A DNA stretch of 64,000 nt from Octopus sinensis (GCF_006345805.1 NC_042998.1:185628001-185692000), one strand, 5' to 3'. Shown: positions 1 to 13,411, counted from the stretch's first letter. The notes: a model not told the origin generated them from the letters alone. A program made the numbers and translations.

Positions 1-196
1 AGAGACAGGAAGTAAGAGTGAGAGAAAGTTGTGGTGAAAGAGTACAGCAGGGATCACCACCATCCCCTGCCGGAGCCTCGTGGAGCTTTTAGGTGTGTTC
101 GCTCAATAAACACTCACGACGCCCGGTCTGGGAATCGAAACCGCGATCCTATGACTGTGAGTCCGCTGCCCTAACCACTGGGCCATTGCGCCTCCA
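1..196 (-). mobile_element. tRNA-derived SINE family A (partial, 5' part)
   Basis: Reverse complement of the family A head seen at 703, 2364 and 13034. Confidence 0.85.
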
Positions 197-636
197 CAGT
201 AAATAAATATGCATTGAAACAAAAAAATCATTATTAGTCAGCTAATATTTTCATGTTTTTGAATGAGGATTTGAAGAAATTTTGGATATAGTCTGACATC
301 ATCATTATGTGACGTTCACTTTTCCATGCTTGCGTGGGTTGGATGGAATTTGTTGAGGTGGTCTTTCTCCAGCCCTTCCTGTCACCAATCCTCACCTTTT
401 TCCAAGGTAGGTAATGTTTCTGCATAGCCAGACATGTTTTCATGGAAGATTGGATATGAAGGGCACAGCTTGCATGTCGGTGACATTCGTTTATAATTAT
501 CACATAAAGTCAAAGCTAGGAGACAGTAACATAAACACACACAGATAGAGGATAGGCTTCTTTCAGTTTCCATCAACCAACTCAGCTCGCTAGGCTTGAT
601 CTCTTAATTAGTTGACTTCCTAATTGTGTTTTGGAA

Positions 637-1093
637 GGCGGCGAGCTGGAAGAATTGTTAACTCGCCGGGCGAAATGCTTAACGGTGTTTCGTTTATCTT
701 TAAGGAGGCGCAATGGCCCAGTGGTTAGGGCAGCGGACTTGTGGTCGTAGGATCGCGGTTTCGATTCCCAGATTGGGCGTTGTGAGTGTTTATTGAGCGA
801 AAACACCTAAAGCTCCACAAGGCTCCGGCAGGGATGGTGGTGATCCCTGCTGTACTCTTTCACCACAACTTTCTCTCTCACTCTTACTTCCTGTTTCTGT
901 TGTACCTGTATTTCAAAGGGCCGGCCTTGTCACTCTCTGTGTCACGCTGAATATCCCCGAGAACTACGTTAAGGGTACACGTGTCTGTGGAGTGCTCAGC
1001 CACTTACACGTTAATTTCACGAGCAGGCTGTTCCGTTGATTCGGATCAACCGGAACCCTCGTCGTCGTAACCGACGGAATGCTTCCACCATCC
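637..1093 (+). mobile_element. Chimeric SINE: family D head (637-702) fused to full family A SINE
   Basis: The whole unit is flanked by a 15-bp direct repeat AATTGTGTTTTGGAA (622-636, 1094-1108). Confidence 0.8.
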
Positions 1094-1179
1094 AATTGTG
1101 TTTTGGAATGAAAAATTTTAATTGAAGATCTCGCTTTTGCTTAAAGTATTAACCTTTATTTCATTTCTTTTTTCATCAG

Positions 1180-1267
1180 AGTTACTACTGATCCTGCTAC
1201 TTATGACAAAAACTTGAAGAAGAAGTTAGACGAAAATCGTAAACTTGCAAAATCAAAGCTGGATGAT
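1180..1267 (+). CDS. DAXX: DAXX internal exon (end of histone-binding domain region)
   Basis: Acceptor tttcatcag|, reads VTTDPATYDKNLKKKLDENRKLAKSKLDD, donor |gtaaat. Matches the DAXX DPA...L.ENR.LA.S.LD(E)VISKYA segment and splices in frame to the next exon. Confidence 0.85.
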
Positions 1268-1322
1268 GTAAATCACCTTTTATCTACACATTTTTATTCT
1301 TATAAATTGTAACCAACATTAA

Positions 1323-1538
1323 CCCTTTAGCATTAAGATTACTCTCTCATATGTAATGCTTATTTATTCACACTGTTTTGAATTAATCATGCATTATCTT
1401 GTAGCTTCAAGATTTCGATGATGTGATTGTTTATTTTTAGAATGACATTGTAGGATCAGTGTGAGAAACTGGATCTGGCCAGTTTGAACATAAAACAGAA
1501 TATTTGGGCCGGATATGGCCGGTTTAAATGCTAAAGGG
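1323..1538. mobile_element. piggyBac-type MITE family F
   Basis: TTAA|CCCTTTAGCATT...AATGCTAAAGGG|TTAA. Other copies at 5157-5378, about 23493-23866 and a partial at about 16022-16160. Confidence 0.85.
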
Positions 1539-1784
1539 TTAAGTACTAACAATTTTCTTCGGGTAATTCCTTTCTTTTCTAATCTGTGGCTCTTCTCGGT
1601 GTAAGATGATTGTTGATCTACAGTTAACCTGAATGCTCATTGTGATTCCTAATTCCAGAACTTTTTGCATGAGCGTATTAGCCATTATTTAAAATAAATA
1701 AATCCACTCTATTGGAAGTATTTTTATGCTTCGAATATAATCTTATTTGGGAATGTACCTTAGTTTCTCAGTAACACGTTAAAG

Positions 1785-2090
1785 TAAGAAAACAGCACAG
1801 CTCCCATGACTTCAGGAAACATTTTTTCACGCTGAGAGTTGCTGAAACATGGAACAAACTGCCGGCATCAGTTGTTAGTTGTCGGAGCACTGCATCCTTC
1901 AAAACTTCCATGCTTCCTGAGATTCGCCAACACTACACTTGATTTTCTCCCCTCCATACACACACAAGCATGTATCTGACTCATACATTGTTCGCTTTCC
2001 AGACATTTCTACATTACTGCATGTACTTTATATGCACTTTCTGACAAGTTGTGGTGCACCTGAGCACTGTATACAATAATTTCATTATTT
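1785..2090 (+). mobile_element. 3' fragment of the CR1-like LINE family
   Basis: Similar to 63185-63400; another fragment at about 6270-6575. Confidence 0.8.
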
Positions 2091-2361
2091 TAAATATCAA
2101 GCTTACTCTAGTTTTAGACATTTTATGACTGATCCCTTTGCAGCCAGTATAAGCCATTAAGCTTTCTACCTCATTTGTAATCCAAGCAGATTTTGAGACA
2201 TTGGCAATCATGGAAAAACAGACATAAAATGGGGGATGATGGTCATGATGACAATGACATAGAATGGTTTCAACCCATAAACTATGGGATAGCTTTTTAG
2301 CAACCTATCTATTTGCATTCATACTGAGTTAACTTGTTTCATTCAAATTTGATATATGATG

Positions 2362-2745
2362 GTGGTGGCGCAATGGCCCAGTGGTTAGGGCAGCGGACTC
2401 GCGGTCATAGGATTGCGGTTTCGATTCCCAGAACGGGCGTTGTGAGTGTTTATTGAGCGAAAACACCTAAAGCTCCACGAGGCTCCGGCAGGGGATGGTG
2501 GTGATCCCTGCTGTACTCTTTCAGCACAACTTTCTCTCACTCTTACTTCCTGTTTCTGTTGTACCTGTATTTCAAAGGGCTGGCCTTGTCACTCTCTGTG
2601 TCACGCTGAATATCCCTGAGAACTACGTTAAGGGTACACGTGTCTGTGGAGTGCTCAGCCACTTACACGCTAATTTCATGAGCGGGCTGTTCCATTGATC
2701 GGATCAACCAGAACCCTCGTCGTCATAACCGACGGAGTGCTTCCA
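2362..2745 (+). mobile_element. tRNA(Arg)-like SINE family A
   Basis: A box TGGCCCAGTGG, anticodon-like arm gacTCGcggtc, B-box-like GGTTTCGATTCC; TSD TTGATATATGATG. Confidence 0.88.
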
Positions 2746-4123
2746 TTGATATATGATGTCTTTCCTGTTCCGTCCATTCTAAACCAAGTGAGATCGTAGT
2801 AATGGCTGATGCCAGTGTTGCATAACTGGCCCTTTCAAAGCACTTTTCAATCGTTGGGTGATATGCTGTGCCTGTTAAAACCTGTTGAAATGAGTGAAAT
2901 CATAGTTGTGGCTGATGCCAGTGCCGTCTGATTGGCACCCGTGCCGGTAGCATGTAAAAAGCACCATTCGAGCATTGAGCCTCTTGGAGGCAGTGGCAGG
3001 TGGTCAAAACCCTTGACAATATACTGTGCTTATGTTGACCTGTTAAGCCAAGCGAGACTGCAGTCATGACCGATGCCGGTCTCGGATCAGTGGCACACAA
3101 AGAACACCCACTACACTCTTGGAGTGGCTGGGATTAGGAAGGGCATCCAGCCATAGAAACTTTGCCAAATCAAATTGGAACCTGGTGCAGACCCTGGCTT
3201 ACCAGTTTTCTGTCAAACCGTCCAACCCATGCCAGCATGGAAAGAAGACATTAAATGATGATGATGTTAATCACAAGCAATGAAATACTAATCATCATAA
3301 TCCTCATTTTCCATATATTGGACATGTTTTTTTCCAACATAGCATTTCAACACTTGTTGCTGTGTCTTGTCTTCTTGATAAGGTTTGGCCTATGGAGATC
3401 ATCCTTCACTTCTTCATCTTTCTTGGTCTTCCTTCTTCCAGGTTCCCTATTTGGATCACTTGGCACTTGCATGTAGCCATCTATGTTGATATATATGAGA
3501 TAAGCTTAATACAGTTTCCATCTACCATATTCATTTACAAGACATTGGTTAGCCTGGAGCAATAGTAGAAGACTCATGCCTAAGGTACTGTGTAGCAGGA
3601 CTGAACCTGAAACCACATGGTTGTGAAGCAAACTTCTTAACCACACTGCCCTGCCTTCTTTCCTTTCTCAGTTCTAAATTTCCCTTTCATGTTTCAAATT
3701 CCTTCTGTAATTGTATACAAGGTCTTTGCATACAAGAGTACCTGTGAATTGCCTAATGTAAACACCTGTTATGGTCTGGGGATCTGTAATAAACAAAGCA
3801 GGCTGAGAACTGAGCCAAGATGAGTACTTGTCTGCATGCTAGTATATTTACTGAACTTGTTGCTAGCTCTCAGTTTTTTGACAATATCTAACAAACCATT
3901 CATCTACACCCTAGGTTTTTTTTTTCTTTTTTGCTACAGAGTGTGGTATTCTATCAGATGTTTTCTCCAGGTAGACATATATCAGGTATAGTGGCTTGTT
4001 CTTAGCTTAGAATGTCCTGTAGTGTATCTTTGATATGTAGAAAAAATTAAAGTCAGTTTAACAGCCACTTTTCTATCTTTCTATGTACTTAGCTGTTATG
4101 TACAACTTGAAATGTTTAGCTTA

Positions 4124-4540
4124 TTACTCTTTTACTCTTTTACTTGTTTCAGTCATTTGACTGTGGCCATGCTGGAGCACCACCTTTAATCGAGCAACTC
4201 GACCCCGGGACTTGTTCTTTTGTAAGCCCAGTACTTATTCTATCGGTCTCTTTTGCCGAACCGCTAAGTAACGGGGACATAAACACACCAGCATCGGTTG
4301 TCAAGCAATGCTAGGGGGACAAACACAGACACAAATATACACACACAAACACATATATATATATATATACATATATACGACGAGCTTCTTTCAGTTTCCG
4401 TCTACCAAATCCACTCACAAGGCTTTGGTCTGTCCAAGGCTATAGTAGAAGACACTTGCCCAAGGTGCCACGCAGTGGGACTGAACCCGGAACCATGTGG
4501 TTGGTAAACAAGCTACTTACCACACAGCCACTCTTGCACC
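4124..4540 (-). mobile_element. SINE family B (tRNA-like head, central TA/TG microsatellite, GTAAAAGA tail)
   Basis: Highly similar to the copies at 15045 and 39071. Confidence 0.85.
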
Positions 4541-4615
4541 TTATTGCTAGCTTTTTTGTTTTTTCAGTGTATATGCAGGGAATTAGCTGTTAATATATAT
4601 ATCTTTTTGTTTTAG

Positions 4616-4742
4616 ATTATATCAAAATATGCTCAGAAACAATATGATACCAATGCTCAGCCTGAAGAAGTTGATGAAAATGTTTTAGAAAGTTCATCTG
4701 AAGAAGAGGATGAGGAGGATGAAATTCCAGAATTGGATGAAG
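4616..4742 (+). CDS. DAXX: DAXX internal exon (IISKYA plus acidic region)
   Basis: Acceptor tttttgttttag|, reads IISKYAQKQYDTNAQPEEVDENVLESSSEEEDEEDEIPELDE. Phase-1 donor G|gtgcat (weak) is compatible with the phase of the last exon. Confidence 0.82.
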
Positions 4743-4989
4743 GTGCATATCAGTAATTTAAGTTAAAATAATACCATATATCATCATCGTCATCATTTAT
4801 CATTTCACATCCATTTTCCATGCTGGCATTGGTTGGACGGTTTAACAGGAGCTGATGGGCTGTCCAGGCTTCAATTGTTTGCTTTGGCATGATTTCTACA
4901 GCTAGATGCCTGTCCTAATGCTAACCACGTTACAGAGTGCATTGGGTGCTTTTTACATGACACCAGCACCTACAAGCCTGTGAGATTAA

Positions 4990-5434
4990 CCCTTTCATTA
5001 CCAACCTGGCTGAAACTGGCTCTGGCTTTGAATGCAAATGTCTTGTTTTCATAAGTTTTGAATTAAAATCTTCCACCAATCTTAGTCTCAATTTATGTTC
5101 CTAACACTAGCTGAATGATAACAAAGTTATTTTACTAAATTCTTTGTTATATTTAACCCTTTAGTGTTCACATTATTCTGCCAAAATTAATGCTTCTTCA
5201 TCTACATTGCTTTGAATTAATCATTCATTAATCTTGTAGCTATGAGATTTTGATGAGGTAGCTGTTAATTTTTAAGATGATAGTGTAGGGTTGGTCTGAG
5301 AGACCAGATCTGGCCAGTTTGAACATAAAACAGGCAGAATACTTTGGGCCGGATATGGCCGGTTTAAATGCTAAAGGGTTAAAGTAATAGGAAGATACAC
5401 AGAGCATCTCAACAGAAATACAGTAACAAAAGGG
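4990..5434. mobile_element. piggyBac-type MITE family G with nested family F MITE (5157-5378)
   Basis: Outer TTAA|CCCTTT...AAAGGG|TTAA; the inner element has its own TTAA flanks. Confidence 0.85.
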
Positions 5435-5751
5435 TTAAGGATGCTCAGCGGAGGAGGTTTGAAAGGACATCCACACTTTTACTTAGCTTGATGTGCCTTT
5501 TCAAGCACAACAAACCACCAGGTGTCTTGGGTCCCTAATCATCCTCTCTGTGAGTCCCAACATCTGTAGATCCTTTTTCACCACTTCATCCCATGTCTTC
5601 CTGGGTTTTCCCCGTCCACATATTCCCTCTACAATTAGAGATTGGCACTACGTCTTTGATTTTTTTAATTGTCCTATACATTTATCCGTACCAAATTTTC
5701 AGATATATTTTTGAACTGACACAGTACATATTTTTATAGAACATCTAATTA

Positions 5752-7238
5752 CCATAAAAATCCATGTAATTTATGCACTTTTTTCACAAAAATAAAGATA
5801 AACTTTAGTGGGTGCTTAAATTAAATGAATAGATTGTTTCCAGAATTTTTTTAGAAATTTTTTTTTTTTTTTTGTGGAAGTTGACTCATTTAATGTACTT
5901 AAATATAATGAAGTTGACTTTTAATTATGCTGGACAGTATAAGGCATACCTTTTTGTATAAATTTACTAAAACCATTAAATGGTTAACTACTTTTGAAGT
6001 CTAACGTACATGCTGGTAATCACGGTCCAGGCCATATTTTACATATTTTACTTGGTTGAGTAATGTGTCATCCAAGCTGATGTTTATTGGTAATTAAACT
6101 TAATTTTCAACACCTCTGCATATTTATCAGCTTTGTTTTTATTGATAGTTCTTATCAACAACTTTTCTTGTGATCATGGTTTGAGACGACATACAGCTGT
6201 ATGCTAAAGATCTGACATAATCTCTTGTGGACAAGTAATGTAAAGTTTACTATAAACAAGATTATCCACTATCTTTCCAACAACAGCCTTGGGCACCTTT
6301 TAGAATTCCCTGTGACAAACACTTGCTTATATGCTTGTAAAATCAAAAACCAACACAGCCCCCCATGAATTTTGGAAACACATTTTCACACTCAGACTTG
6401 CTGAAGCATGGAATAAACTACCTGCATCAGTTATTAGCTGTTGAGATACTACATCCTTCAAAATTTCCATGCTTCCTGAAATCTGCCAACAGTACACCTG
6501 GTGGCTTATGTTTTTTTGTTTTTTTTAGTTGTAGTGCACCTGAGCACTGTATACAGTAATGTCCTTCATTATATCATATATACATGCTTACAATTTGTAA
6601 AATAATACTTCAGTTGTTTCCGGTTATGTGGAGACACACAAATGCAGAGTGTCATACAGGTACGTGTGTGTGTGTGCATACAGTCTCATACATTTGCATA
6701 CACATACAGACACACACAATCACATACAGTTGCACGTACACACAGTCTCATACAGTTACACCCATGCAAACACACACATACAATCAGCGTCATACTTTTC
6801 ATTTATTTATTTTTATTGGAACGCTAATATCAAGAGAGGGGGAAGGTATACCGAGTAGCTAAAGCAGACTGACATTGTCAGTCTCATAAGGGAGGAGAAG
6901 GAGGGTATACCGAACAAGTGAAACACACAGATATGTGTCAGTCCCACAAGACCGATTTTATTTATATAGACAACGCAAATACTTTAATAGATTTTAATGT
7001 AATACCTGTTAAACAGAAATTATTTTTATTTAATGAAAATTTGATAAAATCTAATCATAAGTAAGTGAAATTCTACTAAATACAACTAAATTCAAAACCT
7101 TTTCCCCCTGGCCATATTGGCAATTCTGAAAACTTTTGGGTGCGAATTTTACGAGTAGAAGCTTTTTTTTAATGATTTTTATCCTGAAAATTACCTGTGT
7201 AAATTACATAGGTGCACAGTTTACATGGGTTTTTATGG
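5752..7238. mobile_element. Non-autonomous Tc1/mariner (pogo-type) element carrying a nested CR1 fragment
   Basis: TA|CCATAAAAATCCATGTAA...TTACATGGGTTTTTATGG|TA terminal inverted repeats. Confidence 0.65.
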
Positions 7239-9451
7239 TAGTCTCCTAATAGCTCTTCCCTCTCCCTGTATCCACTGATGGCATTCCCTCTACCCTCTAT
7301 CTCCCACACCCCCTTTGCAATTATTCACCTACTCCAATCCCTGGTCCACTTCACTGTGTAAACCTCCCTGTAACTTTGGGGATATGGTTGCCATTAAGGA
7401 AGAACAAGCAACCATAGAAACCATGCCAAAGCGCACAGCAGAGCTTGGTGCAGTCTTCTGATTCGGAAAACAAACATTAAATGATGATAACGATGATGAT
7501 GTTATAATTATTTAAATGTGTAGCGTTTGATGGTAGAGCTGAAATAACTGACAAAAAATTGAAATGAAATTGTGGAGCTATTTTGTCTATTTACTTTTCT
7601 AACACTACAGAAAATGTGTAAGATATGTGTGGGTCTATGAGATTACTAGTATAACCATTGCTAATGTGGAAAATTAACGTGAAACTTATTTAAAAAAAAT
7701 TTTCCTTGTTATTTAATTATTATTTTAAATTACCTGACGTGTCATTGTGTAGTTAGTAGTTTAGCCATCATTCTCCTACATATTAACCTTGAGTTTTAGA
7801 GCAAAATGTGCAATTTTTGTATGAAAACTGAATAGACTCCTTGGTTGTTGGACAGACTGTTTTTCCTTGCTGACTTTCCATCATCATTACTTTACTATAT
7901 CTGTACGGATATATAACACTGGTACTAACATTCATATTCATTCTCATGTTATTTGTGAAGTCTGACATTCTCTGGTTTAACTTTTCCAGTTGTCTGCAAG
8001 TGTTTCATAACCTGCCTGCGGCAAAAAATACCTTCCACCTTCAGTTTAATGGTGCACTTCAATTGTTTACACTAAGCACTTCTCAGTGCATCTGCATCTA
8101 CTGCACATACTGATTGATGTATTTTATGCCCAGTCATTGTCTCTGCTCACTTCTACAATTTTAATCAATCTTGTGCTCACAATATCCATGCCCCCCAGCC
8201 ACATGTTATCATTCTTCCTGCTTCATATAGTTCATCTTTTAAATGGTATAAGAAACCCTTATGTTACAATTCCCAGAAATTCTTATACTGCCATTCATTG
8301 AAATTATATCTGCATTATATCCATCTACAGTACTGTCATAGCCGGGAGTGGTAGCGGGAATAAGCTCCCACTGCCTACAAAGTGCTCCCACGGCATGCGT
8401 CTCAAATAGCCTCTGACAGTCAAGTCCTACTCCTGGCCTTCCTGTGGCGAAACCGTTCCTACTGACAGGAGAAGGGGCAAAGGCGAGTCACTGGCGCCTT
8501 AAAACCAGTTGCTTTGGGTAGTTGAGACTCGATAGCCTTGACTGGCAGCCCAACTAGGAGAGGGAAACTCCGATTTCAAACCTCCGCTGCCTTGCGGCAA
8601 GACCCCCGACAGAAAATCCGGAGCTGGAATCCCTAAGGCAGCCTGACACAACACGTCATCACCGGCAATTCCTGCGACGCATCTGGTGCCAAGCTGTATC
8701 GACCCGTCGTTCCCTTGGAGCTACCAGCTGCGTGGAGAGGAGGGGGGATCAAACTGCATGGGCAACAGCTGATCCCTCATACAAACCTGCCCAGGCCTTG
8801 TAGCTCAACAGGAAGGGTCTGCACAGCCACACCAGGAAGTGCAGACAAACCCACCACCTTTTCCGAGCTACACCATCGTCTCTCGAGGCGGACGGATGCC
8901 ACCGCCGCCGACGGCCGACAGTACTCTCCTCTAAGGTAGCAAAAATTATCTAAGACTTCTACTAAACCATGTATAGATGCCTCAGCTGTTTATTACTCAA
9001 GTGCATCTCTTGCATCTGAGGTTTGTTTCCTTGTGAGTACTTACAAGGATTTCTAAAGGACGCCCAGACTTGCTCATGTATTTTTACCTCAAAGATTCTA
9101 ATAATGAGAGACTGAAGAATAGCCTTAGTGAACATCAACCTGTACACAAAATTCCTTTCTAAATTTACTGACAATCCTCCTTTTGCTTATATGTACCCTA
9201 GTATAGGGTCCAGATTGCTCTCCAACACCATTCATCTATACCTAGCTTTCTCAACAGCCTTTAGAGCCCGTTTTGTGAGATCCTGTTAATGCAGAGCTTT
9301 GTGAATGGTGTTCTGTCTGATGTAGTTATTAATTATAACTGAAGATCCACGTGTGGTTAGCTTAATAAGCCAGTTGCTTATATAAGAATTTTCTAATGAT
9401 ATTGTATAGGTCACTTGTAATAATAATGCTTTTTTGGTTTGTTTTCTGCAG

Positions 9452-10281
9452 TAATGGCATTGGATGATGACGATGAAGATGATGACATTACTGAAATCAA
9501 AACAGCTAAACCTTCAGGGAGCGTCTCATTACAAATACCCCCCACAAAAGACTTGAAAGTACAATTAGAGAAGTTGGTAATACCTACCAAAGTTCAAAAT
9601 GATATAAATAATATTTCTGACAGTTCTGCATCCAACAGTTATTCTAAGACAAGGAGCAGACAAGATCGTGGTTGCAAAATGTCAGCCCAATCACAAAAAG
9701 GTAAAAGCTCTTCACAGGTGCTACCTTTGTTACCTTTACACCGAGTGGTTAAAAGCGATGAAAAGAGCAAAGATGCGAGTGAAAAGATAGTTATTGATCT
9801 CGATTCTTCTGAATCTGAAGAAAATGGTGTAAGCTGCAGCATTCCAATCGACAAAGTAGACACTCCTACATCAACATGTAAAGAGCAATCTCTTATACCA
9901 CTAAGGCCTCGATGTGCAGTTGGTGCTAGAAATTCCAATACTTCATTATCATCATCTACAACCACATCATCATCATCATCATCAGGAAGAATGTTTGTCT
10001 CTTCTCAAAGCAATATGCAGCTTAGTATGGAAGTGAAAACTCAGGTTCAGCAACAGCAAGATTTTGATGGTGTCTCATTTAAAATTGCTTCTGTTGCTTC
10101 TTTAGCATATAGCATGAACAATCGGACTAGTAACTCTAAATATTTTACTGCACAACAGACTAATTATCAAAGTCAGAATTATCAAGTGACTTCGGGTAGT
10201 AGTTACGGTGTTAGAAGCGGTCAAAAGTGGCCTGCTACTACTCAGTCTAAAGAAGTTATTGTTTTGTCTGATTCTGATTGA
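9452..10281 (+). CDS. DAXX: DAXX terminal exon, Ser-rich disordered tail ending in SIM
   Basis: Acceptor ttttctgcag| at 9451; ORF 9439..10281 ends KEVIVLSDSD*, the hallmark DAXX C-terminal SUMO-interacting motif. AATAAA motifs follow at about 10358-10380. Confidence 0.9.
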
Positions 10282-11402
10282 AGTGTTTGTGTGTACGAAA
10301 ATATATACATAAACAGCAAATCTACATAGTAACTTGTATAAATATGGAATTTATAAAAATAAAAGTTATTATAAATAAAATCTCAAAATAATCTAAAACC
10401 AGTCACACCTGCTTGTTTAATAAAATTATTACTGGTATGTGTAAAATATCCATTTAAAAAGCAATTCACTGTTTTATTTCATTCTCACATTGTTAACTCT
10501 TTTCAAAGTTAAGCTACTTAAAACCAAACTATCAGTAACATATTTAGAGGACTTTTTCTCTCCTCTGTATTTTGTGTAGGGTAAACTTGTATGTATAAAG
10601 TTAAACTATACTGAAAAAACCATTATTTTTAGCAGGAAGCTAAATTCCTCCAAGAACTTTTCATCATGCATTTTATTAGCCAGGGTTTTTTGGGGTCAGT
10701 TGTATTTAATTTTTTTTTGCCACTTAAGTCAGCTTTTATATGTATGGTTTTTAAAATACCACAAGAAACCCCACAGAAATGTTTTTAAAAGAGAAAGAAT
10801 CATATTAGACTTTTACAATTAGTGCATATAAAGTTTTTTTGGAGGGGCTGATGGGGTTAGAAACTCAGGTTTGATCCATCTAATAATCATTAATGCATCT
10901 TGCATCAAAGAATTTTTATAATACTTTCATCAGTCAGTCTGAAATATAAGACCTGGTTTGATACTCTAGACAGTTTTGAAGTATTGTTCAAAGGGGTTAA
11001 CTCTTCTCTGCAGGAAGCTATATCCTTTCAGAGTTTTTCTACATGCATTCTCATTAGTCAAATATCGGAGGATTTTAAGCCAGTTGTATGGTTTTCAAAC
11101 TCCCCTTTTCTGTTGTCACTCTTATTGTCTAATGGTGATTTATTAGCACTATTTATCAGTTATGTTTTAAAATATTTATTGGCAAATGTTTGCATTTCTC
11201 AGTTATATTAAAAGTTTGAATGATTAAGATACTACTAAATGTATTTTAATAACTTTCACAAATTGCGTGGTTAACTTGAGGTAGAACTAAATAAATACAT
11301 GTTTAGTTTAATACTATGGAAATAAATAAACCAGCTGAACATTGAATAAATGAATTAACAAGTTTTATTCTATCTCTTAATCATGTTAGGATTTACTTTC
11401 AT

Positions 11403-11885
11403 TTCATCATCATCATCATTTAACGTCCGCTTTCCATGCTGGCATGGGTTGGACGGTTCAACTGGGGTCTGGGAAGCCAGAAGGCTGCACCAAGCCCAGT
11501 CTGATCTGGCAGTGTTTCTACAGCTGGATGCCCTTCCTAGCGCCAACCACTCCGTGAGTGTAGTGGGTGCTTTTTACGTGCCAGACGAGGCTGACCAACA
11601 GCCACGATCGGATGGTGCTTTTTACGTGCCACCAGCACGGAGGCCAGTCGGGCGGCGCTGGCTACGGCCACGTTCGGATGGTTCTCTTACGTGCCACCGG
11701 CACTGGTATCACAGCTACATATTCCATTGATGTTGATAGATTACGATTTTGATTTTCACTTGCCTCAACAGGTCTTCACAAGTGGAGTTTTGTGTCCCAA
11801 GAAGGAAAGGAATGCATAAGTGGGCTGGCTACATACCAGGTGTAGGCCACGGGATTATGGCCTCACTTGTCCTGCCGGGTCTTCG
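11403..11885 (-). mobile_element. RTE-LINE 3'-end repeat (family C) with (ATG)n tail
   Basis: One of at least 12 copies (also about 2870-3266, 4782-4970, 16367-16510, 19150-19408, 19578-19875, 21903-22110, 25785-26150, 31255-31597, 37480-38065, 38400-38888, 50411-50578, 50868-51155). The copy at 47295 is continuous with RTE coding relics. Confidence 0.8.
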
Positions 11886-13029
11886 GTGCTGATTAATATT
11901 AGTAAACTAAGAATCTCTATAGGATCGGCAAAATAAGTACCAGTAATATACTATTCATCTTTTCAGACAACTATATCACTTCCTTGCTTCGTTTGGCATG
12001 TACTAAAAAATATATATAGCAGGTTTAAAATACAGCTCTTAAGAATTTTTTTCCCATTATCAAGTTGACTGACAACTTTGATGATTTTTAGCCATCATTT
12101 TTTAACAAGTAAACAATGACAATCTTTTATAAGTTTTACTTATCATACAAAACTGTTCCATGGTTATTAAAAAAAAAAACACCTACAAAATCATTGAGAA
12201 ATGCAGTTTTCTACTTAAATTGTTGCTTTGTCTACAGCTCGATCTCATGTCACCAAACATGTTTCTCTAGGAAACATTCAGCTTACAAAAGTTTCTATTT
12301 TCCATCAAAAATCTATTTGTATTTATCATAAAATATATTTATGCATTGCTCTTGTACAAAATAAATTTTCATTCCTTCATTTTATGAGATTTTTTTTTTC
12401 CTGTTTACATTTTTTAATGATTCCTATTATTAAATTATTAAGATGTCATTGAAACTTATAAGTTTTATTTCTAATGTGTTCTTGTAGGTTAATAAGTTTT
12501 AATCCATTGTTGTTGATGTAAAATTAAACGAAAGTGTATTATGTGAAAGAGATTGTCTCTTGCTAAGATACTATTTTTGGCTATCCTGAATTATGCAGGA
12601 AACTCCTTACATCTTTCTAATCATTGAAATTTAATAAAAGGAAAGAACTGTATATTGGTTTTCTTTTAGGAACTATGTTAATTCATAAAATGTCAACAAC
12701 ATATTTTTCTCTACTTTTTCAAGTCTATACGTATCAAAAAAAAAAAAGTCTATTATCAATGATCTCCCTTTAAAAGGGTTATATATTTAATTCTGTTCAA
12801 AAACTTGAGTACACCTGTTTCATAATGAAAAGGCACTTCAACACTGAACCTCCTGTAAGAGACACAAGTGTGATGTTTATACATTTAAAATCTCTTGTTG
12901 TTAGATGAGAGTAACCAGGAATCAAAACTATTTTTCAGATTTGGCTGGCTTGGATCATACTGCTATTTGTGTTTGCTAATGAATTCCTGATCACTGACCC
13001 TCCTTCCTCTCAGTAAATATAAGTATTAG

Positions 13030-13411
13030 AAGTGGAGGCGCAATGGCTCAGTGGTTAGGGCAGCGGACTCGCGGTCGTAGGATCGTGGTTTCGATTCCCA
13101 GACCGGGCGTTGTGAGTGTTTATTGAGCGAAAACACCTAAAGCTCCACGAGGCTCCGGCAGGGATGGTGGTGATCCCTGCTGTACTCTTTCACCACAACT
13201 TTCTCTCACTCTTACTTCCTGTTTCTGTTGTACCTGTATTTCAAAGAGCCGGCCTTGTCACTCTTTGTGTCACGCTGAATATCCCCGAGAACTACGTTAA
13301 GGGTGCACGTGTCTGTGGAGTGTTCAGCCACTTACACTTTAATTTCACGAGCAGGCTGTTCCGTTGATTCGGATGAACTGGAACCCTCGTCGTAACCGAC
13401 GGAGTGCTTCC
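13030..13411 (+). mobile_element. tRNA(Arg)-like SINE family A
   Basis: Full-length copy with TSD ATAAGTATTAG (13019-13029, 13412-13422). Confidence 0.88.

Noticed and set aside
703-775. tRNA-Arg-like cloverleaf (also at 2364 and 13034)
   Set aside because: It continues into a shared 300-bp body with TSDs, so it is a SINE head rather than a tRNA gene.
11383-11752. Many short ORFs with recurring peptides (LDALPNANHS, MLFTCH)
   Set aside because: Translations of repeat family C, not genes.
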